DNA from: Oligoflexales bacterium
GTDB taxonomy: Bacteria > Bdellovibrionota_B > Oligoflexia > Oligoflexales > CAIYRB01
Direction: 5' to 3'
Length of the DNA: 63,541 nt
Assembly: GCA_041736175.1 (NCBI GenBank)
Contig: JBGSUI010000146.1
Coordinates: 1 to 63,541, forward strand
Shown: one piece after another, positions 10,046-20,049 of the stretch
Numbering within the stretch: the first letter of the stretch is position 1
Layout of the letters: the number at the start of each line of letters is the position of its first letter
Notes under the pieces: generated by a model
Database searches by the model: none
Seen by the model: the letters and a program-made list of their open reading frames with translations, nothing else
What the model was told of the DNA's origin: nothing
Program-made: the position numbers and the translations under genes

Positions 10046-10795
10046 TCACAGAAACTCCATGGGTCCTTCGACCTTACCTGCAAAAAACTGCCTGACTATG
10101 GGATCTTTGGACAGGCTAAAATCCTTGGGAGAGCCGGCTAAAGCTAACTTGCCTTTATAGAGAAAAATAATATTTTCCGCAGTGGCCATCGCTGCCTTAA
10201 GGTCATGGCTGATCACGACGGAGGTCAGCGAATTCTCGTCCCTCGAAAGCTGTACGATCAAGTCATCAATCATCTCAGAAACCAGGGGATCCATACCTGT
10301 TGTCGGCTCATCATATAGAATAATTTTGGGTTTGCCCACTAAAGCCCTTGCCAGCCCAACCCGTTTTTTTTCGCCCGTGGAAAGCTGGGTAGGAAACTTA
10401 TGTTGAATATTTGGTAACCCAACCTGGCTCAGCACCTCTTCCACCCTTTTAAGCATCTGGCTAAGGGGCATTTTGGTATGCTCTCGCAGTGGAAAAATCA
10501 CATTTTCGCCAACGCTTAAACTATCAAACAGGGCTGCTTGTTGAAACAACATCCCAAATTTGCGCCGGTAAACCCTAAGGAGTTCGGGGTCAAAGTCCGT
10601 GATATCCTCTCCATCTACAACGATGCGCCCTGAATTAGGCTTTAATAGGCCCATGATGTGTTTGATGGTGACAGATTTTCCTTCGCCCGACTTGCCGATG
10701 ATAAAAGTGATTTTACCTTCGGGTATATGCAGATCCAAATGGTCTAGGACCACATGTTTGCCAAATATTTTGGTAATCTCTTTAAACTTGATCAT
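10046..10795 (-). CDS. mlaF: MlaF/Mkl ABC transporter ATP-binding protein
   Basis: GKSGEGKS, GMLFQQAALFDSL, YDEPTTGMDP, SHD. Confidence 0.9.
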   Translation of the reverse strand: MIKFKEITKIFGKHVVLDHLDLHIPEGKITFIIGKSGEGKSVTIKHIMGLLKPNSGRIVVDGEDITDFDPELLRVYRRKFGMLFQQAALFDSLSVGENVIFPLREHTKMPLSQMLKRVEEVLSQVGLPNIQHKFPTQLSTGEKKRVGLARALVGKPKIILYDEPTTGMDPLVSEMIDDLIVQLSRDENSLTSVVISHDLKAAMATAENIIFLYKGKLALAGSPKDFSLSKDPIVRQFFAGKVEGPMEFL

Positions 10796-10810
10796 CCTTA
10801 GTCCTAGGTC

Positions 10811-11623
10811 TTACCAAATGATTTGAAAATAGGTGATTACAACATCGACCGCTAACACGGCCAGGAGGGTTGTCACAACAGAGGTGGTGGTCGCAATCCC
10901 CACACCCTTAGCCCCCCCACTGGCCGTCAGCCCAAACCGGCAGCAGACAAGGGCCATAATCCCCATAAATATAGTCGACTTAATCAAACCACGCCATAGG
11001 TCTTTGGTCTCGACGATCCGAGTGATTTTTTCTAGAAAAAGCCCGTGATCCACATGAAATAAGGCCACTCCGACAAAATAGGCACCGATGATCCCTACAA
11101 ACACAAAGACTGCGCATAAAAGCGGTCCGATCACAAGCGAGGCGATCACCCGTGGCACGACCAGGTAGCTCACCGGGTCTACCGCCATGGCTTCGAGGGC
11201 GTCCACCTGTTCGTTGACTTTCATAATGGCGATCTCGGCACACATGGACGACCCGGCTCGACCGGCTAAAAGGATCAATGTCGTGATCGGCGCCATCTCC
11301 ATACATAAGGCTTTTGCGGTCACGCCCCCCAAGAGATTTTCGGCACGAAAGACTTGGAACACGCCACCCACAAGCAAGCCAAACACCGCACCCACCGCCA
11401 GGGCTGAGACGACGATGATGGGTAGGGACTGGTTGCCAATAAATTCTAACTGTTGAAAGATTAAGTGGCCTCGGAAGGGTTTGCGAAACGTCCACCGCAC
11501 CACTTCGATCCAAAAGTGGAAAAATCCCACCGTCGAGCGATATCTTCTTATGAGAGACGCTCCAATCCAAACCATAGGCATTTGGACTATTTTGAGGAAT
11601 GGACTGATGGCAAGTTGGTTCAT
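10811..11623 (-). CDS. mlaE: MlaE ABC transporter permease
   Basis: AGRAGSSMCAEIAIMKVNEQVDALEAMAVDPVSYLVVPR, GGAKGVGIATT. Confidence 0.92.
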   Translation of the reverse strand: MNQLAISPFLKIVQMPMVWIGASLIRRYRSTVGFFHFWIEVVRWTFRKPFRGHLIFQQLEFIGNQSLPIIVVSALAVGAVFGLLVGGVFQVFRAENLLGGVTAKALCMEMAPITTLILLAGRAGSSMCAEIAIMKVNEQVDALEAMAVDPVSYLVVPRVIASLVIGPLLCAVFVFVGIIGAYFVGVALFHVDHGLFLEKITRIVETKDLWRGLIKSTIFMGIMALVCCRFGLTASGGAKGVGIATTTSVVTTLLAVLAVDVVITYFQIIW

Positions 11624-11724
11624 ATTTCTATTGTATCCTTGACTTATGGGACTTGTCAGGAGTCAAACATTTGGCATCAAATCTATGTTTAATGAATCGG
11701 GGAGCAGGGTGCTGTTTTTTAGTG

Positions 11725-12843
11725 TCATTGAACTGGGTTTAGCTTTTTCTTAAACTCCAAAGCGAGTTGGTAGGTGGCTTGAAAGTCTCCGAGTTCCCGT
11801 TCTTGTTCCTCAACCCTCAAGCACTCAACCCCCTCTGGAAGTGCCCGTAAAGTCGCCTCGATGATCTGCTCCTGAACAAAAGCTTTGCGCCACCATGGAT
11901 ACCATGTTTGCTGGTCCTTCGGGATCGTATCAGTCCCCTCTAGGTCCATCTGTTGCTCCTTTAGATGAAGCCCTTCCAATGATTGGACCAGCCCCTCGGG
12001 CATCACTCGGTTGATCACAACCAGGTCGACGCGGTATCCCAGAGGTTGGAGCTCCCGGTTGATATTGCGGGCCGATCGCGATGCCGCACCGGTGGGGACA
12101 ATCACCAACACAAACCCGGTATCCGGCTGATGAAGGAGGCTTACGATCTTTTCTCCTGTCCGGTGAAACCCTTCGATGATCTCTTGGGTCAACACCAAAA
12201 ACTCTGCAAAACTCGTGAGCGCCTGCAGTCCCGTCACCTTTGCCAACCCACCCATCAACTTTTCTGAGGTGTTCAGAAAACGGCTGAGCCCAATCCGACT
12301 GGCAAATAAAAAAGGTTTGATCAGCCAGCTAAGGACCCCCTGATCCATAAAACCCGCAAGCACATTGGGCCGGGCCAAAAAATCCAGGGCATGGGTATCA
12401 GGTGGTGTGTCCACAATGATGAGATCATAGAGCGGGTTTTCGGCGAGCTCTTGGAGCTTAGCCAGGGCCATATACTCGATGGGTCCACTGATATGGCTCG
12501 AAGCCGATTGGTAAATGGGGTGGTTTAGGATTTTCTGGGCCACCTCAGGATTGGGAGCATGTTTGGTCACCATCCGGTCGAAGACAGCCTTTTGGTCAAG
12601 CATGCCGGCAAACACCTTGCCACGGAGCGCCCCGTCTGGGCCGTGAATCTCTTGGAGTTGGTACCCAAGGGGTATCCCGAGAGCTGCCGCAAGCCGACGG
12701 GCTGGGTCGATGCTGAGCAGAGCCACGGTCTTGCCTTCCATGGCCGCGACAAAAGCTAGGGCAATCGAGGAGGTGGTCTTACCGACTCCACCAGCACCAA
12801 GAATAAGAACAATCCGCTTTGAGTCCAGTAAATTCTGTACCAT
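11725..12843 (-). CDS. ArsA/GET3-related P-loop ATPase
   Basis: GAGGVGKTT, IDPARRLA, VDTPP, ALDFL. Confidence 0.85.
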   Translation of the reverse strand: MVQNLLDSKRIVLILGAGGVGKTTSSIALAFVAAMEGKTVALLSIDPARRLAAALGIPLGYQLQEIHGPDGALRGKVFAGMLDQKAVFDRMVTKHAPNPEVAQKILNHPIYQSASSHISGPIEYMALAKLQELAENPLYDLIIVDTPPDTHALDFLARPNVLAGFMDQGVLSWLIKPFLFASRIGLSRFLNTSEKLMGGLAKVTGLQALTSFAEFLVLTQEIIEGFHRTGEKIVSLLHQPDTGFVLVIVPTGAASRSARNINRELQPLGYRVDLVVINRVMPEGLVQSLEGLHLKEQQMDLEGTDTIPKDQQTWYPWWRKAFVQEQIIEATLRALPEGVECLRVEEQERELGDFQATYQLALEFKKKLNPVQ

Positions 12844-12849
12844 GGTGGG

Positions 12850-13857
12850 TTAAGATCCTCTCACTTGAGTCCCGTCCAGGAGTTTTTTCCAAAAGTCAGG
12901 AGCCAAGGGTTCTTCGACAGCAAACAGGTCGGGGAGAGTCCAAGTCTGAAACCCAGCATCTTTTTGAATCCCTTTGATGGCCCCTTTAAAGTGCTCCAAA
13001 GCCTGAATGGCCCTTCGCTCGTGGGCTCGCCAGGCATGTTCAAACCTTTTATCCGTCGGTCCTACGATCTGCCCAGGTTGAAACCCCTTCCTCTCTGGGT
13101 CTGCATATTGGGGGATTAGATGGGGTGGGATGCGGTTCATCATGACCCCCAACAGGGATGCGGGGGACTGCTCGGCTAGTTTTGGCAAAAACTCGAGGGT
13201 CTCACTCACCACCAAATCTTCGGGGATGGTCACGTAGAGGCAGCCTACCTTTTGTGAATCCGTCAAAAACTCGCGAACTTTAAGAGTTTCTTTTCGCAGT
13301 GGTCCAGCGATATTGCTCCGCAGGACCGCATCAGGAGTCATCATCATATTAAGAAAATGCCCCGATGCGGGACCATCAAAAACGATCAGGTCAAACCGAG
13401 GTCCCGGTGCAACGGTACCTTCAAAATAAAGGCGACCCAGCAGCATCAACTCCGCAAGGCCAGGAATCGTCTTTATAAAAGTTTGAATCATCCGGTGGGA
13501 AATCACTCGGTCAAATAATTTTTGTTGCCCCAGGTATTTGACGATAAAATCTTTAAAGTTGGCCTGTGGATTGATGTTGGCACAAAAAAGCCCTGGGGAA
13601 ACCTCACGGCGCTCGTGGCCAATGGACTCGACTCCAAAGAGTGGCGCCAGCTGATCAACCGCCCCAAATTCCAAAAGAAGCACCCGTTTGCCCTGTGCAG
13701 CAGCCGCCTGGCCGAGGGCAGCTGACACCAAGGATTTGCCGATCCCTCCTTTGCCGGTCACGAGCACCAGTCTACGCTCAAAGATCGCTGATAAACTCCC
13801 GTCCGCAGGAGGGCCGGACTGAGGGATCTTAAAGTCAGGAGGTTGGTCTAAATCCAC
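12850..13857 (-). CDS. ArsA/GET3-related P-loop ATPase (partner subunit)
   Basis: TGKGGIGKS, PGLAEL, FDGPASGH, VTIPEDLVVSET. Confidence 0.85.
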   Translation of the reverse strand: MDLDQPPDFKIPQSGPPADGSLSAIFERRLVLVTGKGGIGKSLVSAALGQAAAAQGKRVLLLEFGAVDQLAPLFGVESIGHERREVSPGLFCANINPQANFKDFIVKYLGQQKLFDRVISHRMIQTFIKTIPGLAELMLLGRLYFEGTVAPGPRFDLIVFDGPASGHFLNMMMTPDAVLRSNIAGPLRKETLKVREFLTDSQKVGCLYVTIPEDLVVSETLEFLPKLAEQSPASLLGVMMNRIPPHLIPQYADPERKGFQPGQIVGPTDKRFEHAWRAHERRAIQALEHFKGAIKGIQKDAGFQTWTLPDLFAVEEPLAPDFWKKLLDGTQVRGS

Positions 13858-13989
13858 GGGACTTTCCTTATCGAATCTTAGGCTAAGGCTTTTGGCAACT
13901 TAAGGCTATTCTAGACCGAAGTCAGCACACTATATCAGAATCCCAGTAGCTGCCTCTATAATTTGTGCCCAGACTCGTATATAAAAGTC

Positions 13990-14646
13990 CTATTCGACGT
14001 CTTTAATAAATTTATTGAGACGACCCACAAATTTTTCTGTGTCCGCCGATTTTTTGCATAACACTGTATCATTGTGAATCACAAGGGGCTTGTCTTTAAC
14101 ATGAGGAAAGGGCTCGAGCTTTAGCTTTTCAAATGCTACATAGGCATCAGGAATATACTCAATAAAGGCATCGATTCGTCCTGCCTGGAGTTTCTTGATA
14201 TTAAGTTTTAAATCGCTGACCAATTCTAGGTCAACTCCAGATTTTCCGATGGTTTTTCCGTAGTTCATGCCCAAAGTCGCACCGACTTTTTTGCCCTTCA
14301 GTTGTTTTAAATCAGCAATGGCTGGGGTTCCTGGTTTAGTAAATATATATACTTTAGCAACTCCCAGGGGTTTGCTTTCAATATAATCCTTTGGGGTGTA
14401 TTCATAAAACTCGGGGTTAGTATTAAGAGGAGCCATACAGCAGCTACTGCATTTTTCAAACTCTTGAAAGGCACGTTTGTTTGGTAAACAGTTTAATTTT
14501 GCAGTCGGTTCCTGTTTGATCATCACATCGTAAAGACCAGTACCGTTTACATCCAAAACACCTGCGATTTCCATCGCGATCACCTCGACCCCCTTCGCTG
14601 TAAAGGATGTGGAAAATAAGACAACCATAAAAACTCGTTTCAACAT
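13990..14646 (-). CDS. Periplasmic substrate-binding protein (family 3)
   Basis: Signal peptide, DLKQLKGKKVG, KKLQAGRIDAFI. Confidence 0.8.
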   Translation of the reverse strand: MLKRVFMVVLFSTSFTAKGVEVIAMEIAGVLDVNGTGLYDVMIKQEPTAKLNCLPNKRAFQEFEKCSSCCMAPLNTNPEFYEYTPKDYIESKPLGVAKVYIFTKPGTPAIADLKQLKGKKVGATLGMNYGKTIGKSGVDLELVSDLKLNIKKLQAGRIDAFIEYIPDAYVAFEKLKLEPFPHVKDKPLVIHNDTVLCKKSADTEKFVGRLNKFIKDVE

Positions 14647-14656
14647 AAAAAACCTC

Positions 14657-16168
14657 CTAAATTGGCTGGTTGGTTCCGACTGGAATCGTTACTACAAAGC
14701 AAGTATGGGGATGTTGGTGATCGATTTTTACCTCACCCCCATGATTTTCAATAATACCATGTACGATGGACAAACCGAGTCCCGTCCCCTTACCCACCGC
14801 TTTTGTGGTAAAGAATGGCTGAAATATTTTTTCAGCTATTTCCTTTGATATTCCCCTACCAGAATCGATGACCTGAAACACCACAAATCGTCCGTCGACA
14901 CGGGCTTTGATCCGAATCCATTTTTCCGCAAGCTTTTCGATGGAGTCGACTCCGTTGTAAATAAGATTAACGAAAACCTGAGAAATCTGGGCTCGACGAC
15001 AAAGGCAAGTGATAGACTCGTCGACCTCCACATGAAATGCTACCCCATGGGTGACCAGATTGCCCTCACACAACTCCCTGATGTCTTCGATTAAAGTGAC
15101 CGCTTTGACCACCTCAAGTGGATCTGTACTGGCATCTCTTGCAAACACTTTTAGCCCAGAGACAATTCCCGATATCCTTTTAACCATCTTCTTAAGCTTT
15201 GCTACTGCATTCAGCGCAGATTCCATTTTTTTGATTTCTGGTTCTGCCAGGATTTTTGCCAAAAAGTCACACAAACCATTGATAACAAATAATGGATTGT
15301 TGATCTCATGTGCGACTCCACTGGCCATGACGCCGAGTTGGGCCAGCCTTGCCGATGCTTCGCTCTGACTTCTTTCTTCCCTGAGTTTATCTTGCAACTC
15401 TGACAACCGCCCTAATGCGGAAGTCCTTTCGCCTTCTTTACGGGTGAGTTCGGCAGCCTGGGCAAAAATCAGGTGGCTTTTGTCGCTTAGAATTTCCCAT
15501 AAGGCCTCGTCGCGGGCGAGTACGTAATCGTTTAGCTCTGAGATTTCGTCATTAACATTTTTGTGAAATCCTTTAGAAGGGGTAAACTTTGGCTTTTGGT
15601 CAAAGTTTTTCGAACTCCTGACATAAGTCAATAGATCCTTAAGCCTATGAGTCACCACTTGGGAAAAGACCCACATCAGGACACAAGCGACGATTGCCGT
15701 TTTTATGATATTCCCGATAATAATATAGGAAAACTGGTAGACGATCGCCTGAAAAGCCCTTTGTTTGCTAAAAGTCAACACCATCGAACCAATATTTGTT
15801 TGCCGCTTGTCGCTTGTTTCCCAATTAAATTGGGTTTCCCGACTCCAAACCATATCACTTTTAGTTTGTTTACTATCTTCAAATAAGACTGCACCGCTGC
15901 TATCCCGCACAGCAATTGCTGTTATCTCATCGACTGTCATCATAATCTTTAAAAGCTGGGAGAGGCGTTTGGTATCAAGGTTCCAAATAAGATCGGCAAC
16001 CATGGGTTTTAGAGTAAAAACAATACCTTCTGTAAGACGTTCAAGCTGTGATGATTGGCGGGAGTATTCCGTGACTAATTGCACACTGGTGATAAGAGTC
16101 GTCACCAGGGTGCTTGTTAGGAGCACCCACATTACCAGTCGACGATGCAAGGAAGTCAGCTTCGTCAT
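14657..16168 (-). CDS. Membrane sensor histidine kinase
   Basis: Two TM segments, GVAHEINNPL, NLIYNG, DSGRGI, FFTTKAVGKGTGLGLS. Confidence 0.92.
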   Translation of the reverse strand: MTKLTSLHRRLVMWVLLTSTLVTTLITSVQLVTEYSRQSSQLERLTEGIVFTLKPMVADLIWNLDTKRLSQLLKIMMTVDEITAIAVRDSSGAVLFEDSKQTKSDMVWSRETQFNWETSDKRQTNIGSMVLTFSKQRAFQAIVYQFSYIIIGNIIKTAIVACVLMWVFSQVVTHRLKDLLTYVRSSKNFDQKPKFTPSKGFHKNVNDEISELNDYVLARDEALWEILSDKSHLIFAQAAELTRKEGERTSALGRLSELQDKLREERSQSEASARLAQLGVMASGVAHEINNPLFVINGLCDFLAKILAEPEIKKMESALNAVAKLKKMVKRISGIVSGLKVFARDASTDPLEVVKAVTLIEDIRELCEGNLVTHGVAFHVEVDESITCLCRRAQISQVFVNLIYNGVDSIEKLAEKWIRIKARVDGRFVVFQVIDSGRGISKEIAEKIFQPFFTTKAVGKGTGLGLSIVHGIIENHGGEVKIDHQHPHTCFVVTIPVGTNQPI

Positions 16169-16192
16169 TGATCTTTGCTTCCCTTTGATTCT

Positions 16193-17053
16193 TTAGTAGG
16201 CTGGTATAAAAGCAAGGGTTTTATTTGCCTTTAGTCTCTGTAAAACCATCTCCCTAGAGTTGGGAGTAAGTGCTGAAAACTCAAGACCAAAACCACGTAT
16301 TTTAGTGTCATTGACCGGGGTTTCCCGCACCCAGCGAGCTAGCCCTTTACCATAAAGCCTTTGGGCTCCTAAATTGATTTCAAAGGAGAATTCCTTATTG
16401 AGAGTTGGAAGGATCGTCGGCAAAGGCACCGGCACAAACATCCCTCCCCTACCGAAACTAAGATTTAAGTCATCAGCACAGCCTGTGTTTAAGCAGGAGA
16501 ACTTAGAGACCTCCTGATTTAGTGGTTGAGGAGACTTTAGAGATATGTCAGGTTTTGCACTTATCTCCAACCATTGATGGGATCTTTTGATCAGGTATTC
16601 CCTGATGGTGGCAACCAAGACATCCAATTCCATAGGTTTATAAACGATCCCTTCGGCACCCTTATGGAAGATGTCTTCGACGGCTATATTAGTCTGACCG
16701 GTCAGAATCAGCATCACAGGCTTTTCTAAATTTCTGTTTTTAACGAAATTCAAAAGATCCAACCCGTCCTGACCTGGCATGCGCATATCACTTAGGATCA
16801 AGTCGATATCATTAGCTTTAAGGATAGCATGGGCATGTTCGACGTTAGAAGCCTGCTTGACTACAAAACCCTCGCTCGTTAGACGCCAGTCTAAGAGATC
16901 AAGGATGTCCTCTTCGTCATCGACGACGAGAATCGTCGACTGATCAGGTTTGGCAGGACCTAGTTCCACGGTAGCAGCCTCGTCAAGTAAAGTGTTTGAT
17001 CTTAAGATTTTTAGTCTAGCATAGTCTCGGAGGGCTCTGTAGTCCTCTGCCAA
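16193..17053 (-). CDS. Response regulator with C-terminal PilZ-like domain
   Basis: ILVVDDE, SDMRMPGQDG, LTG, KP; C-terminal GRGGMFV…ARWVR…GFGLEF. Start uncertain. Confidence 0.8.
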   Translation of the reverse strand: MAEDYRALRDYARLKILRSNTLLDEAATVELGPAKPDQSTILVVDDEEDILDLLDWRLTSEGFVVKQASNVEHAHAILKANDIDLILSDMRMPGQDGLDLLNFVKNRNLEKPVMLILTGQTNIAVEDIFHKGAEGIVYKPMELDVLVATIREYLIKRSHQWLEISAKPDISLKSPQPLNQEVSKFSCLNTGCADDLNLSFGRGGMFVPVPLPTILPTLNKEFSFEINLGAQRLYGKGLARWVRETPVNDTKIRGFGLEFSALTPNSREMVLQRLKANKTLAFIPAY

Positions 17054-17083
17054 CCTAAAGGACTCTCTAGAGACAAAAGGCGC

Positions 17084-18934
17084 TTGAAAAGGGGAGCGAA
17101 GTCATCTAGAGAGAGAGGTTTCAGAGATTTATGTAGAAAAAAGACTGACAGGAGCCCGTCCCTGACCCCACAAGACCCATCCATCCTAGGCCGGCTCCAA
17201 GCGGTGGTCCTCACGCTCGGGTTCCTTTCAATGGGGGGTTGTCACCCAGAGGGCCCAGGACGCTTCGACCGCGATCACTCGCCTTTAATCTATGGTGGGA
17301 GCCCAGTAGCACCAGGAATGTTTACCCAAGTGGTGGCTATTCTGGTTGAATCAATCGAAAAACCAAAAGAACGAGGTGGCTCCTCGACACCGTCGCCTTG
17401 GGCCAACCTCCTCTGTACCGGAACGCTCATTCAACCCGACATCGTCCTGACTGCCGGTCACTGCCTCCACCCCGAAGCGAGCCTCGCAGACAGCCCCGAA
17501 ACCATGCCCCAACCCTCCGGAGGATGGCTCCCGGTAGATCATCTTAAAGTCGACGGCACCCTTTGGGTGTACCAGGGTCCGGGCACCGAAGGCGGCAGGT
17601 TTGATCTCCAAGAAGCCCAAAGTGCAGGACAGGTTAGGACTGTAACCCATGCTCGTCTTTTCCCGACCCTCTGGGTCGACCTCCAGGGTCATGGGGACCT
17701 GGGCCTCCTAAAACTCGATTCCCCCTACCCGCTAACAGAAAGGACTCCGTGGGCTGATACTCTGCCCTTAGAAAGTCTGGTCGAGCCCTCGCCGGCCACG
17801 ATCGTGGGTTTTGGGCGACGGGAGGATGGGGGGCTTGGGGTCAAATACCAAGCTCCTGTCAGCTTTGTTCGGCGCTCGGGTTACGAAGCCATCTTAGGAG
17901 GCCAGGGCCGAGATACCTGCGACGGGGATAGTGGAGGGCCGCTCTTTCTGACTCCAGACGGGGGTTCGGTCAATTCCCTGCTCCTCTGGGGCGTATCATC
18001 CCGTGGCACCCAGCTCGAATGCGGAACGGGGGCCTATTATCAAAGCGTGTTTCAAGGGCGGTGCTGGATTCAAGAGTCTTTGGGAATTGCTCAGAGCTTT
18101 GAGGATAACCCCCAAGCTCCCTGGTCTGCTGACCCGACCACTGGACAGTGCCATCAACAGCTTACCGAAGACCTCCCTCCATCGAAAACCCTATTAGACC
18201 TCTGTTTGACCAGAGAACCCGCCAGCTCCTACGCCACATTAGTGCGATTGGCCGAACGCTATGGACCCCAGACCACCCAGATCGATTGCCCCAAACTCGT
18301 CGCCGCTCTTTTGCAACTCCACGAGGTCTCCCTCGAAGGTCTAGGGATCTCCGATATCCGCCCCCTCCGCTGGCTTACGGGCTTGAAAAAAATCTCCATC
18401 AAACGGAACCATGTTGTCAAAGTCGCGCCCCTTGCCAGCCTCGGTGACTTGCAGACCCTAGACATCACGGCCAATAGCATCGAGGATTTGCCAGTCTTTG
18501 ATGCCCAATGGACTCACATCCACGGGACCAAAAGCCCACCACTTGTAATTGGGTCCCATCGTCAATACCAGCAGATCTGGGAAGACCGGTTTCTTAAGCT
18601 CTGTAGCGATCCTGCTCCAGACCCTGCCTTGCAGAAAACCCTCCAAGGGATTATGGCCCGGACCATGGCTCTCAGCTGCACTCAAGCTTGGCGACGGATG
18701 CGGATGACCGAAAACCTAATCTTAAAAAAAAGAGGAATCACAGACCTGCGCCCCCTCGCTGATTGGGCGCACCTAAAATCCCTCGATCTTTCTGGAAATC
18801 CAGATCTCACTGATCTAACACCTTTGCAGGGTCTTGAGTCCTTAAGGGTTTTAAAACTCACCGGCACCAACGTCACCGATCGAAGCCCCCTTGCGGGATT
18901 GGTCAAAAATTTTGGGCTTAAGGTGATTGATTAG
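17084..18934 (+). CDS. Trypsin-like serine protease with leucine-rich repeats, probable lipoprotein
   Basis: IYGG, LTAGHC, DLGLLKL, CDGDSGGP; LRRs such as LKSLDLSGNPDLTDLTPL. Start uncertain. Confidence 0.85.
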   Translation: MKRGAKSSRERGFRDLCRKKTDRSPSLTPQDPSILGRLQAVVLTLGFLSMGGCHPEGPGRFDRDHSPLIYGGSPVAPGMFTQVVAILVESIEKPKERGGSSTPSPWANLLCTGTLIQPDIVLTAGHCLHPEASLADSPETMPQPSGGWLPVDHLKVDGTLWVYQGPGTEGGRFDLQEAQSAGQVRTVTHARLFPTLWVDLQGHGDLGLLKLDSPYPLTERTPWADTLPLESLVEPSPATIVGFGRREDGGLGVKYQAPVSFVRRSGYEAILGGQGRDTCDGDSGGPLFLTPDGGSVNSLLLWGVSSRGTQLECGTGAYYQSVFQGRCWIQESLGIAQSFEDNPQAPWSADPTTGQCHQQLTEDLPPSKTLLDLCLTREPASSYATLVRLAERYGPQTTQIDCPKLVAALLQLHEVSLEGLGISDIRPLRWLTGLKKISIKRNHVVKVAPLASLGDLQTLDITANSIEDLPVFDAQWTHIHGTKSPPLVIGSHRQYQQIWEDRFLKLCSDPAPDPALQKTLQGIMARTMALSCTQAWRRMRMTENLILKKRGITDLRPLADWAHLKSLDLSGNPDLTDLTPLQGLESLRVLKLTGTNVTDRSPLAGLVKNFGLKVID

Positions 18935-18965
18935 TTGAGGTAGGAGTTTTCTGAACTTCAAAACT

Positions 18966-19940
18966 TTAGAGTTTATATCGAATCAAATATTCAGCGAGCA
19001 AAGGATCACTGAGAAAATACCCTTCATAACCTCGGTAGATCACGCCAGCATTTTCCATCTTCTTTATGATTTTGATAACGCCTCCTGAAGATAGCCGCGT
19101 GCTCCTTAGAAAATCAACCCCTGTAAGTTTGTTATGAGGCCCTCCATGGGCCAAGGTGCGTAAAAAGCTAATTTCAGCATTGGAAAAATGTAAAAGGTAC
19201 TCCTCAAATCGACTGCGTCTTGTGTCCAACAAGTTATGCAGCGCGAGAGCTAACAGCTCACGAGTCACTTGGGTTTGATCACCTTTGACGTCTATCAAAC
19301 TTATGCATGTCATGTTTATGGCTTCTGGGATAAATCGCATCTTTTGTTGGAGCCAAAGTGTTTCTTCTAAGCCAATGGTTATACCATGTGGCTGCAATCT
19401 TTCATTAATGTATTCTCGATACTCCGAAGTCTCAATATCAGGAATCTCAACATCAACTCCCCAATTTGCGAGTGGAGCACCCGGAGCCGCGAAAATTTGT
19501 GACAACATATGCTTTTTTGAGCCCAACACGATAACCGGAAGGTTTTTCGCAACTTCTTGTAAACATGAACGCAACGCTGCCTCAGCACCCTCAACGAATG
19601 CGACATCTTGAAATTCATCAAAAGCCACAACGACTCCGGATTTTTTATGAAGATAGCTGATCTCTTTAAACACCTCGTGCAAACCCGATGTTCCGGTGGC
19701 CTTGGACGATAGCATGAGACCGATTTCTCCAGTTAACGGATCAAGAGCAATTTTGGGCTGAAGATTTAAAAGCCCTTTTACAATAGTCTTAATTTTTGTT
19801 TGAGTAGGAAATTGTTCGGCCAGGGCTTGACTTATACCAAGCATGATTCGTTGCGATATGTCATCAAGAGAACGCGCTCCGATCAAATCGGCAAATATCA
19901 CAATACCAGCCTTATGTTTCTTGCGGTATTCCGAAAGGGA
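18966..19940 (-). pseudogene. 5'-truncated AAA/ATPase_2-type ATPase with C-terminal winged helix
   Basis: AT-rich. Walker B VVAFDEFQ and LGSKKH are present but there is no Walker A. The upstream part of the listed ORF is antisense to pfk. Confidence 0.65.
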
Positions 19941-20049
19941 TTTGCATTTTGCCTTTGCGAGCCGTGATGACCGTGAGAAGATAGACGGGGAAAACCCCTG
20001 GGTGGGGGTATCTAAGGACCAGTCAGAGATCGTGGGAAGGGTGGAGACA

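Noticed and set aside
11725..13857. Arsenic-resistance operon
   Set aside because: There is no arsB, acr3, arsC, arsR or arsD nearby, and both proteins are single-domain GET3-like ATPases.
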